Below, in pieces: positions 47,607 through 47,669 of a DNA stretch of 47,669 nt. Source of the stretch: Thermoplasmata archaeon (GTDB lineage: Archaea > Thermoplasmatota > Thermoplasmata > Thermoplasmatales > ARK-15); NCBI GenBank assembly GCA_049967255.1, contig JBMFTB010000004.1, forward strand, positions 1 to 47,669, in the 5' to 3' direction. Positions within the stretch are counted from its first letter, which is position 1; each line of letters begins with the position of its first letter. The notes under the pieces were generated by a model. It made no database searches. It saw nothing but the letters and a program-made list of their open reading frames with translations, and was not told the DNA's origin. The translations under genes were made by a program, and so were the position numbers.

Positions 47607-47669
47607 CCTTAACTCCGATTTTTAGGGAATATATTTGTTCCTAATTTTTCATCCAGTTCTCTTACTTTT
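47607..47669 (-). mobile_element. IS1634-family right end inserted in the IS110 transposase (runs off window)
   Basis: Reverse complement encodes KVRELDEKLGTNIFPKNRS*. Terminal CCTTAACTC resembles CCTAAACTC at 27882. Confidence 0.7.

Overview
AT-rich archaeal chromosomal segment, most consistent with Thermoplasmatota (G1P dehydrogenase, aIF-2gamma, S6e, ArcTGT, PolB, a thermopsin-type 'ETGLP..W' surface repeat, Cys-less aIF1). It is mostly housekeeping: three tRNAs (Ser-GGA, Pro-CGG, Leu-GAG), archaeosine genes (tgtA, queC, queD), HMG-CoA synthase/thiolase/DUF35, acyl-CoA dehydrogenase-etfBA, an AddAB-like helicase-nuclease pair, dnaG-ftsZ-secE-spt5-L11-L1-P0-L12, coaBC, pyrDK, trpS, pheS and polB. 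IS remnants lie at both ends: IS5 on the left and a nested TnpB/IS21/IS110/IS1634 pile on the right. The most notable observations: (1) a tandem-RHH regulator coupled to an FtsZ-like protein reduced to its GTP-binding domain (no T7 loop or C-domain), in addition to a canonical ftsZ; (2) a mevalonate-cluster thiolase lacking both catalytic cysteines; (3) a flavodiiron protein that has lost four of seven diiron-site residues, upstream of a wHTH-binding-protein fusion and a permease with a perfect operator-like palindrome; (4) Spt5 with a ~156-aa N-terminal extension; (5) a structured dnaG 5' leader; (6) a candidate archaeal IS110 bridge RNA and a TnpB omegaRNA; (7) two small ORFs missed by the ORF track. 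All calls come from motif recognition by eye; no database searches or folding computations were run.
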